Source of the DNA: Octopus sinensis
Lineage: Eukaryota
Assembly (NCBI RefSeq): GCF_006345805.1
Contig: NC_043009.1
Coordinates: forward strand, 68,696,001 to 68,760,000
Direction: 5' to 3'
DNA length: 64,000 bases
Part shown: in pieces, positions 41,240 to 52,736 of the stretch
How positions within the stretch are numbered: the first letter of the stretch is position 1
Layout of the letters: each line of letters starts with the position of its first letter
Position numbers and translations under genes: made by a program
The notes under the pieces: model-generated
The model's input: the letters and a program-made list of their open reading frames with translations, nothing else
Told to the model about the DNA's origin: nothing
Database searches by the model: none

Positions 41240-41600
41240 CTACCTAAATCGCCGAATAAATTTGGAGACGGACGGAAGAGAGAGACGACTTCTTCTTCTT
41301 CTTCGTCGCTCGCTGCTGTCTGCTGCTGCTGCTGCCATCTTTCTTTCTTTTCGGGTTTACCTCCCGTTATTTCGCCGACCCTCGCCGACGACACGCGACG
41401 ATTATTGATTCGTAGGAAAAAATTTTTTTTTAACTTGCAACAAATAGCTTCGAAAGGAATTTAGTAATTTATGCTTTATATATTCGAATAATGTCCGGGC
41501 AAAAATATCGGGTTTTAAATTGTGTGAGAAAAAAAAAAATTAATAAATAATCCGTTAGACGAAACCAGACTATTGTTTCTCCACTTCCGGTAATTTGTAA
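41240..41600 (-). promoter_or_regulatory. Likely BLTP1 promoter / 5' UTR start
   Basis: CpG-rich island-like stretch about 1.2-1.5 kb upstream of the ATG. Contains a YY1-type AAGATGGC (plus GCCATCTT, 41334-41341), an ETS motif CCGGAAGT (plus ACTTCCGG, 41583-41590) and (GCA)n/(GAA)n leader repeats. No TATA box evident. Confidence 0.6.
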
Positions 41601-41980
41601 ACGAACGAGACCGGGTTTGTAAAGTGTTTATTTATAGTTTGTCCTAGCAGACACATTTTTACGTATATATATACGGGTGTGTGTATGAGGGATTTGCATA
41701 TGTATATATTAGGAATATCCCATTTTATTTCTCTTAATATCTCATGATTTTGTCTTTGCGTTAGATAATAGATACATGCACCATTTATATGTACGTATGT
41801 ATTATATATATATATATGTTTGTCCCATTTTGTATTTTATATATATATATATAAAATACAAAATGGGACAAGAACGCAAAACATCCAGATAGACGATACA
41901 AAAAACATGGACGGGTCTTTCGAAGCCTTTAATCTTCAGTCAAGAACCGGATCATCCTCGCAATTTCGGCTGATATATAT

Positions 41981-42018
<38 letters not shown>

Positions 42019-42276
42019 CTATACTTACCTTAAAGATATATATGTGTGTATTTATATATCAATATGTATCTTCCAAACATTATAATATAGGTGTAAATAT
42101 ACATGTATGTGTATGTAGTGTATATATGTGTGTAGTGCGTGTGTGTGTATGTATGTGTATTTATATGTATCTTAAAAGTATGTTATATATTTCTATATTT
42201 ATGTATCGATATGTATCTTACATATATTATAGTATAGGTATAAATATATATGCATATGTGTGTGTGCGTATGTATG

Positions 42277-42310
<34 letters not shown>

Positions 42311-42774
42311 TGTATGTATGTATGTATGTATGTATATATGTATGTATGTAGGTAGGTAGGTATTCACTAAAACGGTCTCAGTTAATAAAAACAGAAAGCC
42401 TTCCCTGTTTCATTCATTGTTGTTTAATCACAGAAATACCGCTGCCGTTTTGCGTTACTACATTCGCTACATTCCATTTCTGTTCTAACGGGGTGCATTC
42501 CATTCACGTTCTTCGTGGGGTGCAAACGAGGTGGTCACACCTGTACTCTATTGCCATTGTAAGGAATCATAATTATTTATGGAATCAATAAGACTGGGAG
42601 GTGACGGAAAAGACTGACTGCCGGCATCGGCATCTTCCTTTTGCATATTTAGTTACGTCCCTTTACGTTCCGAGTTCGAATCCCACGAGCGTTAGTCATT
42701 CTTACTTCTATGCTATTTATTTCCCAATATATTTGTGGTTTTTGTACGATGTGTACAAACAAGCGCGCGCGCAC

Positions 42775-42929
42775 GTTTACGTAAGAAGCCTGCTTCCCAA
42801 CCATGCGATGTTGAGTTCAGTCCCACGGAGCGTCACCGTGTACAAGTGCTTTGTACTATGGCCCTGGGCCGACCGAAGCCATAGGAGTGGATTTGGTAGC
42901 GAAAACTGAAAGTCGCCGCGCGTGCGTGC

Positions 42930-42986
<57 letters not shown>

Positions 42987-43062
42987 GTCTGCCCTCCTCT
43001 CCCCACCATCACCTGACAACTGCTGGTGGTTTATTTACGCCCCCGTAACTTAGCGGTTCGGC
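42775..43062 (+). mobile_element. SINE S1 copy truncated by the inverted-dimer element
   Basis: The S1 sequence stops at CTTAGCGGTTCGGC, immediately followed by the arm at 43063. Confidence 0.75.
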
Positions 43063-43109
43063 ACATTATTTACATTTGACGCATATTTGTCCTCATCTTG
43101 TTTGTTATT

Positions 43110-43155
43110 AACACAACGTTTCGGCTGATATACCCTCCAGCCTTCATCAGGTGTC
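43110..43155 (-). ncRNA. Minimal hammerhead ribozyme-like motif, mirror copy
   Basis: Reverse complement reads GACAC-CTGATGA-A-GGCTG(gagggtatat)CAGCC-GAAA-CGTT-GTGTT. Confidence 0.6.
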
Positions 43156-43320
43156 TTGGAGAAATTTTGAACCTGGGTTCTCATTCCTAAGGTATTTTTC
43201 GATGTTATTATTATTACTATTATTATTATTCAGGTCACTGCTTAGAATCGAACTCGGAACCTCGGGGTTAGTAGCCCGCGCTCTTAACCCCAAGATTTCA
43301 AGTTCGATTCCAAGCAGTGA

Positions 43321-43364
<44 letters not shown>

Positions 43365-43544
43365 TAATAATAATAATAATACGAAGAAGAAGAAGAAGAA
43401 AGAAGAAGAAGAAGAAGAAGAAGAAAGAAGAAGAAGAAGAAGAAGAAGAAGAAGAAGAAGAAGAAGAAGAAGAAGAAGAAGAAGAAGAATAACAACATCG
43501 AAAAATACCTTAGGAATGAGAACCCAGCTTCGAAATTTCCCCAT

Positions 43545-43590
43545 GACACCTGATGAAGGCTGGAGGGTCTATCAGCCGAAACGTTGTGTT
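43545..43590 (+). ncRNA. Minimal type I hammerhead ribozyme-like motif (Penelope type)
   Basis: GACAC-CTGATGA-A-GGCTG(gagggtctat)CAGCC-GAAA-CGTT|GTGTT. Stem I GACAC/GTGTT, 5-bp stem II, palindromic ACGT stem III, GUU cleavage triplet. There is one extra A between A9 and stem II compared with the textbook core. Confidence 0.6.
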
Positions 43591-43735
43591 AACAACAAAC
43601 AAGATGAGGACAAACATCCGTCAAATGTAGATAATGTAGGTATTTATATGTTTTTAAATTTTAATTATTTCTGTGGGAGGTTTCGGAACTTCACAGCGGC
43701 GATAGTCGAGGGATTACTGCATTTTGTTTCTTTTG

Positions 43736-44112
43736 TCTTTCAACTTTTACTTGTTTCAGTCACTGGATTGCGATCACGCTGCGACACCGCCTTGAATGGT
43801 TTTAGTCGAAAAATTCACCCCCATCCCCACCCCGCCCAGTACTTATCAAAATTTGGTATTTCTTTTATCGGTGTCTTTTGCTGAACCGCTAAGTTATGAG
43901 GCCGTAAACAAAGCAACACTGGTTGTCAAGTGATGGTGCCATACACACACACACATGTAATCAACGGGCTTCTACATGGTTTCTATTTACCAAATTCACT
44001 CACAAGGCATTGGTCGGCTCAAGTTTGTAGCTGAACACACTTGCCCAAGGTGCCGTGCTGTAGGATTGAACTCGAAACCGCGTGGTTGAGCTTTTTTAGC
44101 CGCACAGTCATG
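43736..44112 (-). mobile_element. SINE S1 copy
   Basis: TTACTTGTTTCAGTCA...CTGAACCGCTAAG...CCCAAGGTGCC. Confidence 0.75.
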
Positions 44113-44291
44113 TTTGATTTGATTTTATTTTTATTGCCTGAAACGTTCGTCTGGTAACTATTTGCCTAAATTCTCTAAATTCATGTCCCTGGCCCTCATG
44201 AGTTATTTCCCTTAGTTAAACTTTAAGCTAAACTAATTTACGCAAACAATACTGTCTAAAATTTTTTGTAATTCTCTTTACTGTTTGTAAA

Positions 44292-44514
44292 AACAGGACC
44301 CTGACCGTCTGCTGTCACTTTGTACCGGTTGCCGTTGAGACCTCAGCTAATCTCGGACCCCATTTCTGATATCCTCCACAATATCGGGATTGTTGCGACT
44401 GGTCTGAGAAATTAGCCCAACGAGTTTGGGTGGTTGTTGCAGCGAGTGTCGCTGGTCATTCTCCGCACCAACACCTCTACATGTCCGCAAGGCGCAGCAG
44501 AACACACCATTTAG
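44292..44514 (+). pseudogene. CRE-like non-LTR retrotransposon restriction-like endonuclease C-terminus
   Basis: CHFVPVAVETSANLGP, frameshift, then DILHNIGIVATGLRN*PNEFGWLLQRVSLVILRTN. This matches the FVPVA.ET.G..G ... ATG..RE..WL.QR.S..I.R.N signature of CRE-type RLE domains. Confidence 0.7.
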
Positions 44515-45021
44515 CCTACAACCCGTTACTCCCCACCACCACCACCATCGTCCTTAGTTGCTTAAACCCCACGCCTACCCTTTATTTCTTTTTGTCTCCT
44601 TGGTGAAATAATTAGGGCGAGGGTTCTCGATAACTTTCATACTTTTAATATTTTTCCTTTTTTCCCTGTAAAAATATGCAAAAGTCTCTCTCCACTGATC
44701 AAAACAGACTAAAAAAGACTACACTTCGCTGATGTGGTCAAATAAGACCTAACATGTCTATAGTAGTCACCTTATCTGTGTAATTATTTCTTGATTTCTT
44801 TAAACCATCTCCCTTCTCTGATATTACCATTAGGTTTTTGTGTTCTTTCTCCACATTTCAGTGCATTGGAATTTCTCTGTATGTCATTCAGTACATCATC
44901 GCCCATCCGAAGTATACGATATATAAGTGTGTGAATGTGTACACTTGTTCGTTGGTTATTCCTAATTTTCCAGTATTTCGTTTCTTCAAAATAAAATGCA
45001 TACACTATTTCATATTCACTT

Positions 45022-45065
45022 TTGGCCTAAGACCTCATTAAATACTTACTGAGGTCTTAGGCCAA
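45022..45065. repeat. Perfect 16-bp inverted repeat with a 12-nt spacer
   Basis: TTGGCCTAAGACCTCA-ttaaatacttac-TGAGGTCTTAGGCCAA. Confidence 0.95.
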
Positions 45066-45074
45066 CAGTAACTT

Positions 45075-45134
45075 GGGGTCTGACGATACGCCATAAATTA
45101 AACCCTTTATGGATGGGAAACCCAAGGTAACCCC
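45075..45134 (+). ncRNA. Second, unrelated type I hammerhead-like motif
   Basis: GGGGT-CTGACGA-[tacg CCATAAA ttaaaccc TTTATGG atgg]-GAAA-CC(caa)GG-TA|ACCCC. Stem I GGGGT/ACCCC, stem III ACC/GGT, GUA triplet. The core-proximal pairs of stem II are imperfect. Confidence 0.45.
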
Positions 45135-45157
45135 GTAAACTGGCCTTCACCTATAAA

Positions 45158-45210
<53 letters not shown>

Positions 45211-45657
45211 TTTATTTAAAAGCAGCAGAAATATCACAAAAACTGTTACTCAGAGTTTCGCGTTCCCGTTCGTCGGACAGTTTTGTTAGAATGGAACAGA
45301 AATGACGATATCGTCAACTCTACCTCTGGTATTTGCGTACTCTTTTTTCCACCATTTTTCATATCTATGTACTTACTCCGGTAAATATATATATGTATGC
45401 ATGTATGTATGTATGCATGCATATATATATGCACTGACGATTAAAAAGTGCATTTTGTGCACTAATTATGAAATCATATGATCTGCAGCTGAATCTGGTT
45501 TTAAAAGGCTCGCTTCGTGAATTCCATTCCCTCGCGTTCGGTACAATGTGTTTATTATGGTAGCTTTGACTTTAAGAGTCCCTCCTAGCGTGAGGCATTT
45601 ATGTATAGTAATGCCCTTAATATAAATAAATATATTTAAAAGGAACAATTAATAAAT

Positions 45658-45698
<41 letters not shown>

Positions 45699-45723
45699 AT
45701 ACACCGGCAATGATCTGCGGTCC

Positions 45724-46118
45724 GGTGTAGGAGTGGCTGTGTTGTAAGTAACTTGCTTACCAAACACACGGTTCCGGGTTCAGTCCCACTGCGTGCCACC
45801 TTGGGCAAGTGTCTTCTACTTTAACCTTGGGCCGACCAAAGCCGCGTGAGTGGATTTGGTTGACGGAAACTGAAAGAAGCTCGTCGTGTGTGTGTGTGTG
45901 CGCGTGCGTGTGAGAGAGAGAGAGAAGTCTCTGTTTCCCCATCATCGCTTGACAACCAATGCTGGTATGTTTACGTCCCCGTAACTTAGCGGTTCGGCAA
46001 AAGCCATCGATAGAATAAATACTAAGCTTACTAAGAATAAGTCCCGGATTCGACTTGCTCGACGAAAAAGGTGGTGCTCCAGCATGGCCGCAGTCAAATG
46101 ACTAAAACAAATAAAAGA
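45724..46118 (+). mobile_element. SINE S1 full-length copy
   Basis: Complete head to tail. Confidence 0.9.
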
Positions 46119-46571
46119 ACACACACACACACACACGCGCGCATTTGGGATCAGCAGTGACCCGCGGTGCGATGGCCGGAGATCCCTGCTTTAGGGAGCT
46201 GAAGTATTTTCCGAACCCTCAAGAGAGAGGATAAACCTTGGCACGTGGTTTTATTTTGCAATTTATGAAGGTGAGCGCATCAGAAGATACCATCAGTGCT
46301 TATGGGGAAGACGTGGTGGGAGAATCTAACCCTTGTAGCGACTCAGGATTTCAATTTAAGGATATGTAGGACTATGTATGGCGCTGTATATGTGCAGTAC
46401 GACTACATATGCTGGGGCCGATGTAAAATACTATATCGTAGGAGTAGCCTCCAAGCATGGTTACAGTTTAAATGAAACTAGTTAAACGATATAGGGTTAA
46501 TTGTTGTGAGACAAAACCTTAATATGGCGTCCGAGGACTTAGGCTATATAATGAAGTACTTTGTTGACAGA

Positions 46572-46574
<3 letters not shown>

Positions 46575-46627
<53 letters not shown>

Positions 46628-46880
46628 TAATAATTAATCCTCGTTTATTGGCCACAAGGGCTAACAAAGATCAAATAAAACATGTAAGGACAAAATACAG
46701 GACGAAAGTTACAAAAAGGGTTTTGTCCGTTTGTAAGGTCCGTGTAAAAATGCAAGATAACAACAAAAATATAACAAGTAAAAACTCCCAATAGGGGGAG
46801 GCGCTTCGAAAGGTTACTCGTAAAAAAAACCATAAAAGCCACGGGAACCTGGTCAAAAGGGGGTAGAGAGCCCCTTTTTC
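46575..46880 (-). mobile_element. LINE 3' UTR with AATAAA and (TTA)n tail
   Basis: T-rich UTR on the minus strand ending GGCCAATAAACGAGGATTAATTATTATC(ATT)n. Confidence 0.5.
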
Positions 46881-46984
46881 CTTTTATATTACCTTTTTTT
46901 TACAGGTGTATCCTCAGAATTGGTCCGTTCATACTGGCCATTCTTCCGACATTCACCCACCTTTCAATAAATTTGATAATATTT

Positions 46985-47190
46985 TCTAATATTGGCTCAA
47001 GGCCAGCAATTTTGAAACGATAAGATCATCGATTATCTCGACCCCAGTATTTAACTGGTACTTATTTCATTGAACTTGAAAGGATAAAAGGCAAATTTGA
47101 CCTCAGTGGAATTTGGACTCAGAGAGTGAAGAACCAGAAGGAATGCCACGATGCATTTTGTCCGATTCACTAAGAATTCTGTCAGATAAT
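46985..47190 (-). mobile_element. SINE S2 copy
   Basis: AAGGCCAGCAATTTTG...AAAGGCAAATTTGACCTCAGTGGAATTTG. Confidence 0.7.
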
Positions 47191-47381
47191 GGTATCGGCT
47201 GCAAAATACTGTTACGGCAAAATGAATGCAAAAACGGCTTCAAAATTACGAAAACGAAAATCCAATGAAACAACAGGATAAAGATTTCTAGAAAATATAT
47301 ATATATAGGACGAAAAACATTTGTCTGTATGAAAATCATATTTAGATTCGTCTAAAGGTTAAGAGAAGAGATAGATAGATC

Positions 47382-47423
<42 letters not shown>

Positions 47424-47789
47424 CATACATACATACATACATACATACATACATACATACATACATACATACATACATACGCTTGTTTATATATATATTC
47501 TCATATTTAATCATTAGACTCATCTAAAGGTTATAAACACGCGCGCGCGCGCATTCATGAATGACTTAAACACATTTCCGGCATCTGAAATAGAAGTTGG
47601 ATGTCTGTGCTACGGATATAGCAATGTCGGAACATGCGGTTTCCAAGAAACATCGCTAACGAACTGTCAACGTGTGTACAAAAGAGATATATTTGATTTG
47701 GAGAATATTCCAGAAGCGAGAGAAAAACAATGTGGCTTGAAAAGACGAACGAAAAATAATGATATTAACGGAGAATTGGTATTTATAGA

Positions 47790-47995
47790 GGGCGCTGTGC
47801 TGTCAGAATTGGTAGATTTACGACCTAAATATTTTGAGCTATTTTATTGCATCCTTGCAAGTTCCGAGTTCAAATTTTGCCGAAGTCGACTTCGCTTTTC
47901 CCTGTTTCAAGTTTTATACGATAAGTTCAAGTAATAAAGATTTCAAGTTTTGGCACAAGGCCAGCAATTTCGGGGCAGGGATAAATCGATTTCGT
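47790..47995 (+). mobile_element. SINE S2 copy
   Basis: GCTGTCAGAATTG...GAGTTCAAATTTTGCCGAAGTCGACTTCGC. Confidence 0.7.
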
Positions 47996-50244
47996 GTGAA
48001 AGCAACGATGACCGCATTAATATTTATGTAAGTTTTCATATTCTTTTATTACCCGAAACATTTGCATTGACATATGTACAGTTATTTGAATAAAAAAAAG
48101 CATACATGAGATAATGAATGAGATTGTTAAAAGTCTTCATTACAAAAAATATTAATTATTTGTATGAAAATCGTTCTTGGTTGTTTAAGACAGAATAAGT
48201 AGAAAAAGTGAGAACGCCATATTGCAAAACTACCGACAGAGTTTTGTGCAACACCGGAAGTTGTTCGTTCTGGCAGTTCAACATCCCATCCTTTATAGCA
48301 TCTTGTCAAAATTTTAGAACCTTCGACAGAATCATTTGGTGGGAAAATTCACAAAATTTACTTTCCAGTCTATTGTTTATTTGGTTCCACCCGGGCCGGT
48401 CCCGACTGGTCGAACCATGTACATGTAGACGTTACTGCTTTTATGACGACACTGTTAATTTCTCTCGTGGCTGGCCTCTGCCTTTTCAGGGTAGTTTAAT
48501 TGCGCTGTGGTTCTAACCTGGGGATCTGAGAGAGAATCAGGGAAGCCTATTTCTAAGACCCAGCAGAGTAAATATCAACACCGAATTACAAAAATCACAA
48601 TTTCATATCATAAGTGGCAGGTGTAGCTATGTTTGTATGTAACAGAGAGTTGTCTAATATACGTATCAATGAAAACAGCCCTCCGTATTCAATGAATTTT
48701 GTGTTATGACGATTATATTAATTCAACTAAGAAAAACAAGAGTTGATTTGGAGAGCTGTATTAATATTATGAATGTTATTGCTGTGAAATCGGTAATAAT
48801 ACTGTGTAATCGTCAATAATACGTTCATGATAATGTGACACAATTCATTCATACGGCGTGATAATGGTAGACGAATGAAAGCTACCTTTCACAGTCAGGA
48901 AATCAGCAAAAGTCATCTGTATTAAATTTATGATAATTGTGAAGGAAGTTAATGTTTATCATCTATCAAGCCAATTCTTGTTTTGAAAATGTGCCATCAC
49001 AAATCAAGTTTAAAGAAAAAGAAAGGAAATTATTCAGCGAGATCAAAATTCATACAAAGATCAACAATCTTCAAGAAATCTCTCTTTACTCTTTTTTTTT
49101 TCTTTCTGACCAAATGATTCCATGAAGATTACTAATGTTGAAATTACAATCCAAATTTCTACAATAGCAGAAGTCTTCACTCAACAAACGGCGACGTTTT
49201 CTGTGTTGTTCTAATGAAGTAACTTTCTTTACAAATGGCACTCTGCTCTTTCTGTTATTCAAAGAGTAAACAATATATCGAAGAGATTCACTGAAAAGTT
49301 ATTAGAACACGAATGTAGAGCTCACCAAAAGCTTTGTTATGCCAATAATTACCATTAATTGTATTTACCGAAAGCTTAGTACATTCTACGAAGCCATACT
49401 CACGCAGAGTGATGGCTGGCTCTGATTGCATGTTAACGTACACACGCGCGCGCACAGACACACGCATGCACGCACACACATATTTTTATCTATATATGTG
49501 TGTGTGCGCGCGCATGATTGTGTGTGTGCGTGTGTTTACGTATGTATGTATGTATGTATGTATGTATGTATGTATGTATGTATGTATGTATGTATGGGCG
49601 GAGGAACTCTTGAGAGTCAACGGCCATCCAATAAATGTATTAAGTCTGTATCATGTATAATCGGACTGACTACCCGATCGCACGGTTAAACCATTGGGAG
49701 TGAAGGACTCCCAGCCTTTGTTAGGGCATCCTTTTAGGAGAAGGTAACTCGGTAACTCGGATAACTCCAACATAAAACCTGCGGCTCAGTGGTTACCGAT
49801 GATGTTGACTTGTTCTTTTTTTCGGATTATGGCTGCTGCTGCTTAGTGAGTGGGATTGACTCAGTGCACAGCCTTTCCTCACTTAAAAACAAATCTTCTT
49901 GCACAGGCATTGCACGATAACAACATTGATTAAGCTTCGTGCAATGGCCATACTCGATGACGAGGGGGCAGCCACCATGTATGTATGTATATATGTATGG
50001 ATGGATGGATGGATTGCTTAGAGTGATGCAGACACCTCTGATGAGACCCCAATAAGGTTCGAAAACTGATTACGGCTGTTCATTATTTTATTTTCAATCT
50101 CCGGAGGAATAATTAAATTTGACCGACTCTTATAACAACTACTTGGATTACACGCAGACAAACACACACACACACACACACTTATTGGATATATGTTATC
50201 CCATGGAGGGTTGCATTTACAACCCCTATCTCAATTTGTAAGTA

Positions 50245-50294
<50 letters not shown>

Positions 50295-50370
50295 ATATAT
50301 ATCTTATCAATAATTAAGGGTAAAATCAATTAGTTATTAATTAATTTCACCAATATATATATATATTATA

Positions 50371-50406
<36 letters not shown>

Positions 50407-50503
50407 TGTATAACAAGAAATAATGTTTGTCTCTTCTAATAAAAACAAAAGGGTTTATAGGACTGCAAAAGAAGTGCTCAAATATAAATGAGACGAAGAT
50501 AAA

Positions 50504-50963
50504 GAAACATTGGTTACGGAACAAACATTGAATTTGGGTCAACGACTTTACATACAACAACACTCCTCAGACACCTAATCATATATTAAAAAAAACACCT
50601 TGGTTCACAAACATAAAAAATAATATCTCTACATAACACATAGAAATAATAATAATCGTAATGCTTGTAACTAGCAGATGGAATGGGGGAAAAAGCCATT
50701 TTTAACCGGAACCTTGTCCTCGATAAAGGGTTTTTTGGTAGTTTTTGAATTTTTAGCCGTTTATATTTATTTTTGATAGGCCATTCTGTTTGCATTTCAT
50801 TCGATTATATCCTTTTAACTTCTGTGATTTTATGAATATGTATTATTTTTTGTGTTTGAGAACTAAGGTGTTTTTCTTTTATATATGATTAAATGTTTGA
50901 GGGGTGGTGTTGTATGTAAAGTCGTTGACCCAAATTCAATGTTTGTTCTATAACCAATGTTTC
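50504..50963. mobile_element. MITE with about 125-bp terminal inverted repeats
   Basis: GAAACATTGGTTACGGAACAAACATTGAATTTGGGTCAACGACTTTACATACAAC... at the left is mirrored by ...GTTGTATGTAAAGTCGTTGACCCAAATTCAATGTTTGTTCTATAACCAATGTTTC at the right. Confidence 0.8.
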
Positions 50964-51251
50964 CTATATACATGTGTGTGTGTGTGTGTGTGTGCGTGTG
51001 TGTGTGTGTGTGTGTTTGCGTGTGTGTGTGTGTAAGTAAAGAGATGACACAGTAATAACCGATTATCTTATGAACCTCATTAGCTTACAACTGTTTCCAC
51101 CATAAGATGCGTTTAAGCAAACATGCAAGAAGCCATTGCTTTCCTCTGTGTGTCTGCTTAAAGGTATTTGTTTCCCCAAATAAATTGCATTTCATGTTTG
51201 AGGCTCTGGTAAAAACTAAGGTTTTACTCAAGCACTCAACTATATATATAT

Positions 51252-51337
<86 letters not shown>

Positions 51338-51680
51338 GTATATGCATACACACACACACGCACACACACACACACGCACACACACACACACGCACACACA
51401 CACATATATATATATAGAGAGAGAGAAAGAAATTTACATTGAGCGTAAAAATACAATAATTTAATAAGGAGAGAATGCATAGTTGTTTTTTTAACTCGAC
51501 ATCTGTTTCTGGAAGCTTGGAACATCGTAATAATCGTAATGCTCGTAATTAGCTGATGGAATGGGCAAGAAAGCCACTCTTTACCCGGGACCTAGTCTAA
51601 GCTCGAACATTTGAGCAATACATTGTGTTTTCTATACTGAGCATCTCTAGCTCTCCCTTTCACCATATGCATGTATATAT

Positions 51681-51803
51681 ATGGTTCTGGGTTCGGTCCC
51701 ACCGCGTGGCATCTTGGGCAAGTGTCTTCTACTGTAGTCTTGGGCCGATCAAAACCTTGTGAGTGGATTTGCTAAACAGAAACTGAAAGAAGCTCGTCAT
51801 ATA

Positions 51804-51837
<34 letters not shown>

Positions 51838-52036
51838 TGTATTTGTCTCCTCATCACCGCTTGACAACCGGTGTTTGTGTGTTTACGTCCCCATAACTTA
51901 GCGGTTCGGCGACAGAGAGCGATAGAATAAGCACTAGGCTTAAAGAATAAGTCCTAGGTTCGATTTGTTCGACTAGAATCTTTGAAAGTGGTGCTCCAGC
52001 ATGGCTGCAGTTAAATGACTGAAACAAATAAAGGAA
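51681..52036 (+). mobile_element. SINE S1 copy
   Basis: From the B-box region to the GACTGAAACAAATAAA tail. Confidence 0.85.
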
Positions 52037-52135
52037 TATATATAGATAGATAGAGAGAGGGGGGAGAGGGAAGGAGAGACAGACACACAAATAGATAGAG
52101 AGAAAGAGAGAGACAGACAGACAGACAGACAGGTT

Positions 52136-52203
<68 letters not shown>

Positions 52204-52204
52204 T

Positions 52205-52352
52205 ACGACGGGCTTTTACGCCGTTTCTGTCAGCCAAATCTACTTCTAAGGGCAATAGTAGAAGACATTTGTCCAAAATGCCACTAAGCGGGTTTGAACC
52301 CGAAGCCACGTGGTTTGCCGAGCGAACTTCTTCACGCAGCCATGTCTGCGCC
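52205..52352 (-). mobile_element. SINE S1 5' half
   Basis: ACGACGGGCTTTT...CACGCAGCCATGTCTGCGCC, facing the 51681 copy across (GATA)n. Confidence 0.7.
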
Positions 52353-52379
52353 TATCATCGTATTTAACTCCCTCTTTTC

Positions 52380-52735
52380 AAACATCTCAAGACATTTGAA
52401 AAATATATCTTATTTCAACGAATATCTGGATTCATTTGGAAATATTCTGAAATAGAAAATAATCAAATTGAGTTAGAAATTAATCAATTGTGTGAAATAT
52501 ACAATATTGATATATCAATTGATATGTACCATGAAACATTCCGTTTAAAATCAATAGAGGAATCGAATATTTCTCAAATTCCAATTCCAGCAATTAAATG
52601 ATTAAGCAAACCGACCGAGCTCTATTTTGAAGTATTATTCTCTGATGTAATTATAGAACTTCACTATATTTGCTACCTACCATTTAACCATTCATAGTTG
52701 CACAAACTGGAAACTCTTTCAGTGTTTTAGCTTGT
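52380..52735 (+). pseudogene. hAT transposase C-terminal remnant
   Basis: An open stretch KHLKTFEKYILF...EINQLCEIYNIDISIDMYHETFRLK, then LFSDVIIELHYIC and frameshifted TI*PFIVAQTGNSFSVL. The latter resembles the hAT dimerisation motif FPN..IAL.I.LTIPVT.AS.ERSFSKL. Confidence 0.5.
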
Positions 52736-52736
52736 A

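Larger units (their letters stand above)
43063..43638. mobile_element. Inverted dimer of the same tRNA-headed/Penelope-like element (copy B, intact motifs)
   Basis: Reverse arm, (TTA)n and partial reverse head are joined at the TAACC microhomology (43285-43289) to a partial forward head, (AAT)n(GAA)n and forward arm. The arms are near-perfect reverse complements and closely match copy A. Confidence 0.8.

Noticed and set aside
41865-41965. CTGAAGA...CGAAAG motif on the minus strand (related copy at about 57545-57715) as a hammerhead
   Set aside because: No consistent helix II or III and no stem I. It is probably a repeat terminus, but a ribozyme fold is not supported.
43151-43884. Poly-N/K/E and poly-L/F ORFs
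   Set aside because: Trinucleotide tails of the inverted-dimer element.
47557-47934. 125-aa ORF MNDLNTFPASEIEVG...
   Set aside because: No recognisable domain, and its 3' half runs through an S2 SINE.
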